64,000 bases of DNA from a virus. A model generated the notes under the pieces. It was not told the DNA's origin. It made no database searches and worked only from the letters and a program-made list of their open reading frames with translations. The DNA lies in IMG/VR virus record IMGVR_UViG_3300035670_000025; one strand, 5' to 3'. A program made the position numbers and the translations under genes. Below, one piece after another: positions 58,615 through 64,000 of the stretch (position 1 is the first letter of the stretch; every line of letters begins with the position of its first letter).

Positions 58615-61248
58615 TTGGCAGACAAGAACTTTGAAGTCCGCAAAGGACTTACAGTAGCAAATACCGTAATCGTAACATCAGGTGCTAATGTTGGTATCAA
58701 TAATACATCACCAACACATACTTTATCCGTCAACGGAACTGGATTCGTAAATACTTCTTTACAAGTATCAACCACCGTCACAGCAAATGCAACTGGGTTA
58801 TATGTTGGTCTTGTCAATGCAACTACCATCACTACTACTACTATAAATGCAACAACAATTAATGCCAGTTCTTACGGTACTATAAATTCAACAAGTGTTA
58901 ATGCAATATCTATAAATGCTAACACAATAAATGCAGCATCACATACTGTTGGTACATCAACAATTGCTAATTCTACTGGTGTTTATACCACAGGAACAAT
59001 GAATGCAGCATCACATACTGTTGGTACATCAACAATTGCCAATTCTACTGGTGTTTATACTAACTTTGTTGGGTCTAATACTTTTATTGTTGGGAATACT
59101 ACAACTGGAACTGGTGGTAGTTTACAAAATACGACAACGGTTTTTGTTGGAAACAATCTTGTCAATACTTTGATTACTTCTGGAGGGTTGAATGTAAATG
59201 GAGCATCTTTAGTAAATAGTTCTGGTTTTCATACCAGTGGAAATTTGGCTATTGGTGGAACAATATTAATTGATGGTGTTGCGGGAAATACAAATGAAAT
59301 TATTGCTTCTGACGGAACTTCAGCATATTGGACTTCTTTTGGTCTTACTCCGGGTCTTATACCTTCAGAATATGTCCGTGATGATGAAAATGTTACTTTT
59401 AATGGAAATCTGGTATTTAATAGTTCCAACAATTCTTTTACAAATACTATTGGTTCTGTTACTATATCAACAAACACTTTTGTCGTTAATTCTAATACAT
59501 CTTTTTCTAGTCCTAATATATCCTTTAGTGGAACTAATCTCAGTGTTTCTTCAAATGCAAGTTTTAGTGGAAATTTATCAGTATTAAGAATAACATCTAC
59601 TCAAAATGTAACCACACTAGGAACAACTCTTTACATAACAACTTCTGGAAATGTTGGAATTTCAAATTCTGCACCAACACACAAATTTAGAGTAAACGGA
59701 ACATCATCGTTAGCAGGTGCAGTTAGTGATGTTACAACACTTTCTGCTGGAAATACAACAATAACAGGTTTTGTAAATTCTTCTGTATCAGTAAATTCTG
59801 CTTTAATAACAGTTGGTTCTTCAGTAATATCAAATACTTCTGGTGTTTATACCACAGGAACAATGAATGCTGCATCACATACTGTTGGTACATCAACAAT
59901 TGCAAATTCTACTGGTGTTTATACTACAGGAACAATGAATGCAGCATCACATACTGTTGGTACATCATTCGTTGCAAATTCTACTGTTGTAAATGCCTTC
60001 GCATATAATATTGGAACTGCTTTTATTGCTAATACTCTTGGGGCATATCATATAGGAACTGTAAACGCACAGTTGTTTTCTGTTGGTACAAGCACAATTG
60101 CTAATTCTACTGGTGTTTATACTACAGGAACAATGAATGCTGCATCACACACTGTTGGTACAAGCACAATTGCTAATTCTACTGGTGTTTATACCGGTGT
60201 AGTTAATGCTGCATCACACACTGTTGGTACAAGTACAATTGCTAATTCTACTGGTGTTTATACCGGTGTAGTTAATGCTGCATCACACACTGTTGGTACA
60301 AGTACAATTGCTAATTCTACTGGTGTTTATACTACAGGAACAATGAATGCAGCATCACATACTGTTGGCACATCAACAATTGCCAACTCTACTGGTGTTT
60401 ATACTGGTGTAGTTAATGCAACATCACATACTGTTGGCACAAATACAATTGCTAATTCTACTGGTGTTTATACTGGTGTAGTTAACGGTTCTACATTATC
60501 TGTTGGATCATCTGTAACCGCAAACTCAACACGGGTTGTTCTTGGAACCTCTGTAGGTTTACAAGCAAATGGTGGTATTGGCACTTCCGGACAAGTTTTA
60601 CACTCAAACGGAACCACTGTTTATTGGGCAACAGATGACCAAGGAGTGACATCTGTAGCAACTGGCAATGGTATGATTGGTGGAACTATTACTAGTACAG
60701 GAACCGTGTCTGTTCGTGCTAATACTGGTATAATAGCAAATGCTACTGGCACTTATGTAAATTCTGCTTATATTGCAACTATAGCATCAAACAGTGCAAC
60801 TTATGCTAATGCATCTATATCAAATACCTTTACTATAGGAACTTCTGTTTATTTTGTTGCTAATGGTAATGTTGGTGTTGGAACTGCATCTCCAGCAACG
60901 ACCCTAGATGTTTCTGGCACAGTATCTATTGCAAAAGCAAATGTACAATCACAAACATTAACAGATGCTTCAACAATTAGTTGGAATACTGCATTGGGAC
61001 AAATTGCTACAGTTACATTAGGTGGAAATAGAACATTTGGTGCACCAACCAATTTGAAAATTGGTACATATATTCTTCATGTTATACAAGATGGTGCCGG
61101 TAATAGAACAATGACTTGGAATTCTGTATTTAAATGGACAGCAGGGGTTGCGCCTCCATTAACAACAACAGGAGGAGCAAGAGATGTGTTTTCTTTTGTT
61201 TGTGATGGTACAAATCTATATGGATCATTCTTACCGGATGTAAAATAA
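58615..61248 (+). CDS. long tail fibre protein
   Basis: MADKNFEVRKGL N-terminus, GNVGI motifs, internal repeats; TATAAATA at 58573-58580; TTG start. Confidence 0.85.
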   Translation: MADKNFEVRKGLTVANTVIVTSGANVGINNTSPTHTLSVNGTGFVNTSLQVSTTVTANATGLYVGLVNATTITTTTINATTINASSYGTINSTSVNAISINANTINAASHTVGTSTIANSTGVYTTGTMNAASHTVGTSTIANSTGVYTNFVGSNTFIVGNTTTGTGGSLQNTTTVFVGNNLVNTLITSGGLNVNGASLVNSSGFHTSGNLAIGGTILIDGVAGNTNEIIASDGTSAYWTSFGLTPGLIPSEYVRDDENVTFNGNLVFNSSNNSFTNTIGSVTISTNTFVVNSNTSFSSPNISFSGTNLSVSSNASFSGNLSVLRITSTQNVTTLGTTLYITTSGNVGISNSAPTHKFRVNGTSSLAGAVSDVTTLSAGNTTITGFVNSSVSVNSALITVGSSVISNTSGVYTTGTMNAASHTVGTSTIANSTGVYTTGTMNAASHTVGTSFVANSTVVNAFAYNIGTAFIANTLGAYHIGTVNAQLFSVGTSTIANSTGVYTTGTMNAASHTVGTSTIANSTGVYTGVVNAASHTVGTSTIANSTGVYTGVVNAASHTVGTSTIANSTGVYTTGTMNAASHTVGTSTIANSTGVYTGVVNATSHTVGTNTIANSTGVYTGVVNGSTLSVGSSVTANSTRVVLGTSVGLQANGGIGTSGQVLHSNGTTVYWATDDQGVTSVATGNGMIGGTITSTGTVSVRANTGIIANATGTYVNSAYIATIASNSATYANASISNTFTIGTSVYFVANGNVGVGTASPATTLDVSGTVSIAKANVQSQTLTDASTISWNTALGQIATVTLGGNRTFGAPTNLKIGTYILHVIQDGAGNRTMTWNSVFKWTAGVAPPLTTTGGARDVFSFVCDGTNLYGSFLPDVK
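59866..60540 (+). repeat. about 10 tandem 69/72-bp coding repeats (two more copies at about 58930-59060)
   Basis: NAASHTVGTSTIANSTGVYT(TGTM/GVV). Confidence 0.9.
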
Positions 61249-62216
61249 TGTTTATTATACCAATCTTAAGACCTACTAAAGTTGTTACAATTTCTGCCGG
61301 AACAAATAATGTTGATTTATACTCAACATCAGGAAATCCATTATATCCGTTGAATTTATTGTGTTTTATCAATGCAAATATTGGTTCAACATCTAACACA
61401 ACTCCAGCATTTAGAACTGGAACTGGTTGGAAAGCAGGAACATTTTTGTATGTAGATAATAATTCTACTATAACAGGAGGCACTGGCCCTGCTGGAAGTC
61501 CAGGAACTCCTGGTGCTAATGGTGCAGGTGGAGCAGGGGGTCCTGGTACTTTTTTCTCAAACAGCGCTCCCGCACCTTCTGGTTCTGGTGGAAGTCCTGG
61601 AGCAACAGGAGGAACTGGAGGAACTGGTAGTAATGGAGGAACAGCATTTGCAGCAAATTCAAACCCAGGAGTTATATTATATGTAGATAATGCATCAGCA
61701 ACATTTACTGGTGGTTCTGGTGGTACTGGTGGTCCAGGAGGTTCTGGTGGTACTGGTGGTGGAGGTGGTGGAGGTGCTGGTGGTTATTACTATTCTAGCA
61801 TTCCAAATAAAAAAGGTCCTTCTATAGATACTGCCTATGCTGGTGGTGGTGGTGGAGGTGGTGCTGGTTCTCCCGCTGGTGCTGGGGGTCCTGGTGGTGC
61901 TGGTATTGGAGGACCATCTTCCAGTCCAGGAAGTCCAGGTACAGCAACAACAGGTGGTGCTGGAGGTAATGGTGTTTTAGGTGCTCCAGGATTTCCTTCA
62001 TTTTCAGCCAATGGTGGTGGTGGTGGTAATTTAGGTTCAGCAGGAATTTCAGGTGATAATTATTCTGGTGTTAGTGGTGGTTCTGGTGGTTCTGGCGGTG
62101 GTGTTGGATCTACAGGTTCAACAGGACCAGCAGGTGCACAAGGTCCAGCAGTATCAGGCAATTCAAATATTACAGCATATATAAATACAGGAACTAGAAA
62201 TGGTCCTATTTCTTAA
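61248..62216 (+). CDS. glycine-rich fibre-tip adhesin (gp38-like architecture)
   Basis: Long polyglycine runs; TAATG-coupled to the long fibre gene. Confidence 0.65.
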   Translation: MFIIPILRPTKVVTISAGTNNVDLYSTSGNPLYPLNLLCFINANIGSTSNTTPAFRTGTGWKAGTFLYVDNNSTITGGTGPAGSPGTPGANGAGGAGGPGTFFSNSAPAPSGSGGSPGATGGTGGTGSNGGTAFAANSNPGVILYVDNASATFTGGSGGTGGPGGSGGTGGGGGGGAGGYYYSSIPNKKGPSIDTAYAGGGGGGGAGSPAGAGGPGGAGIGGPSSSPGSPGTATTGGAGGNGVLGAPGFPSFSANGGGGGNLGSAGISGDNYSGVSGGSGGSGGGVGSTGSTGPAGAQGPAVSGNSNITAYINTGTRNGPIS

Positions 62217-62231
62217 AGGAGAAGAACTTAA

Positions 62232-62642
62232 ATGAACATTTACTATAAAATAGTAGAAGTTTGGCCACAAGATCACTTAATTGTTGTTAGATATTTCACA
62301 GATACTATTACTGAAAATGAATTGGCATCTGCTCCTGGTACAAAACCAGATGGAACTCCTGTAAGATGTAGAACAGATGTATCATTATCAATTCCAATTC
62401 CAGAACCTACAGAAGAAGAATTAAAGAAAATTATTCTATTGAATTGTCCAATTGGTTTTTTTGAAACACAAGAAAAACTAAAAGATCCAGAAATTGATAC
62501 TTCAATGAGTACATATCAAGCACAATTGAATGTAGTGAAAACAACAACACTTGAAGAAATTGGTTCGTTAAGAATCCCACCAGAATCTACACCACAAGAT
62601 TTAACCGAAGAAGAGATCAATCAATTTATTAAACAATTATAA
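62232..62642 (+). CDS. hypothetical protein, possible fibre assembly factor
   Basis: AAGGAG RBS; follows the adhesin. Confidence 0.7.
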   Translation: MNIYYKIVEVWPQDHLIVVRYFTDTITENELASAPGTKPDGTPVRCRTDVSLSIPIPEPTEEELKKIILLNCPIGFFETQEKLKDPEIDTSMSTYQAQLNVVKTTTLEEIGSLRIPPESTPQDLTEEEINQFIKQL

Positions 62643-63670
62643 TGACAATATTTTGGTATGATGCAGACAAAAATGTTTATAAAACACATATAGATGCTTT
62701 GAAATCTGGTAAAGAATGTTGTATATATTACAACGATTCATTATATGGTTCTGTTGATTGGAAAACAGAACCATCTTTTTCTTTAAAAGAATTATACAAA
62801 TTAAGAGCACAAGAGATACGAGATTCATATGAAAGAGTTATATTATGTTTATCAGGTGGTATTGACTCCCGCAATGTATTAGAATCTTTTTATTACAATA
62901 ATATACAGATAGATGAAATCATATCTGTTGGTGCATTTTCTCAAGATAAATATTTTGGTTCTGATGAAAATAACAACAGAGAAATATATGTAAATGTAAA
63001 ACAATTATTGAACGAATTAGATTTGCCAAACACTAAAATATCATTTTTAGATTACACAGAATACTTCAGAAATCCAAAATCTTTTTCATTGATATCTGAA
63101 TATCAAGATTATTGGATGTATAATATAAGTTGTTGGAAAAGTCCACATCATTTATATTGGAATGATTTATCAAAACATATTGTTAAAGATAACAAAAAGA
63201 CCTGTTGGGTAACAGGTACTGGAAAAACTGGTATTTCTGTTTTTGAACAAATTCCATATGTTTCTTTCAGTGAATTAGAGTTGATGAATTATTCTGGTAA
63301 ATATTTTGATGGTAATTTATATCGTGAGAATTTCTATTGGGGAAATACCTTACTCTCAACAGAGATAATCAAAAAACAAGCATATACTATGTTAAAAGTA
63401 TTTGATATAATGAAAGATAAAAAAACATTTATGAAAAATTATAATGAAATATATAATAAAGCAATTTATGAACTGGTCAATCCAATGATTATGAAAACCA
63501 AAAAATCATCAAATGTTTTAATGAGTATTAGAGATACTTTTATTAAAAACAAAACAGACAGTGATATGTATAAATACTACAAGAATGGATTACAAAAATT
63601 GTTGCATGAGGTTCCAAATGCACAGAAAACATATTACACGAGAAAATATTATTTAAGGGAATTAACATGA
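62642..63670 (+). CDS. PP-loop (adenine nucleotide alpha-hydrolase-like) protein
   Basis: LCLSGGIDS motif. Confidence 0.75.
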   Translation: MTIFWYDADKNVYKTHIDALKSGKECCIYYNDSLYGSVDWKTEPSFSLKELYKLRAQEIRDSYERVILCLSGGIDSRNVLESFYYNNIQIDEIISVGAFSQDKYFGSDENNNREIYVNVKQLLNELDLPNTKISFLDYTEYFRNPKSFSLISEYQDYWMYNISCWKSPHHLYWNDLSKHIVKDNKKTCWVTGTGKTGISVFEQIPYVSFSELELMNYSGKYFDGNLYRENFYWGNTLLSTEIIKKQAYTMLKVFDIMKDKKTFMKNYNEIYNKAIYELVNPMIMKTKKSSNVLMSIRDTFIKNKTDSDMYKYYKNGLQKLLHEVPNAQKTYYTRKYYLRELT

Positions 63671-64000
63671 TTGTAGAAAACAATTGGTTAACAACAAATA
63701 TCAAAGAAAGACTAATTAACAAAAATATTGATTTTGATGTTACTATAACACCCTATTCTTTTACAAAAATGAAATTTATTGAAGCATGTGAAGCAACTGC
63801 AATAAAAATTGCAGCAATGAACAAATCTATTTACATAGCATTTAGTGGTGGTGCTGATTCGGAGTATGTTGTCAGATTATTCAAAAGATTAAATATTCCG
63901 TTTACCGCAGTAACAGTTAAAACTCCCGGCAATGAGTATGAGTTAATGTATGTAGATTTAGTTTATGAGGAATTTCCTGACATTCAAAAAACATATATTG
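63667..64000 (+). CDS. second PP-loop protein, truncated by the window end (not in ORF track)
   Basis: ATGA overlap; hand translation MIVENNWL...IAFSGGADSEYV. Confidence 0.75.
   Translation, partial: MIVENNWLTTNIKERLINKNIDFDVTITPYSFTKMKFIEACEATAIKIAAMNKSIYIAFSGGADSEYVVRLFKRLNIPFTAVTVKTPGNEYELMYVDLVYEEFPDIQKTYI

Noticed and set aside
55929-60540. Regularly spaced repeats with variable intervals resembling a CRISPR array
   Set aside because: Periods are multiples of three, in frame within fibre genes, the repeats are degenerate, and no cas genes are present
54305-60885. Diversity-generating retroelement template/variable repeat pair
   Set aside because: No reverse transcriptase in the window; both copies are coding and differences are not confined to adenines
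1-64000. Stop-codon reassignment or introns in core genes
   Set aside because: Core genes are full length in the standard code; the gp5 split has its own RBS and overlap, consistent with two genes

Overview
This is a 64 kb segment of an AT-rich T4-like myophage genome. The host is probably an alphaproteobacterium, based on a permuted two-piece tmRNA with an ANDN-type tag, a Usg-family gene and (C)TTGAC-N17-TATAGT promoters. Layout: small hypothetical ORFs (1-3.8 kb); a seven-gene heptose and glycosylation cluster (3.9-9.1 kb); rnh and phoH; a variable region of promoter-bounded early cassettes with DUF932, a putative restriction-modification pair and several non-coding structures (11.9-18.4 kb); tmRNA, endolysin, speD and genes 33, 59, 32; then the baseplate and tail module (minus strand: large muralytic hub/tape-measure-like protein, 51, 26, 54, 2, 4; plus strand: 48, 53, hub, split 5, PAAR, 25, 6, 7, 9-like, 8, VrlC-like, several fibres, a glycosyltransferase, a Gly-rich adhesin, two PP-loop enzymes). 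The main leads are (a) a tRNA-shaped cloverleaf nested in the excised intervening segment of the tmRNA, plus a second aberrant tRNA-like element, and (b) a possible virion glycosylation system: sugar pathway, two glycosyltransferases and tail proteins rich in N-X-S/T sequons. All calls come from motif recognition and hand inspection; no searches were run and all counts are manual.
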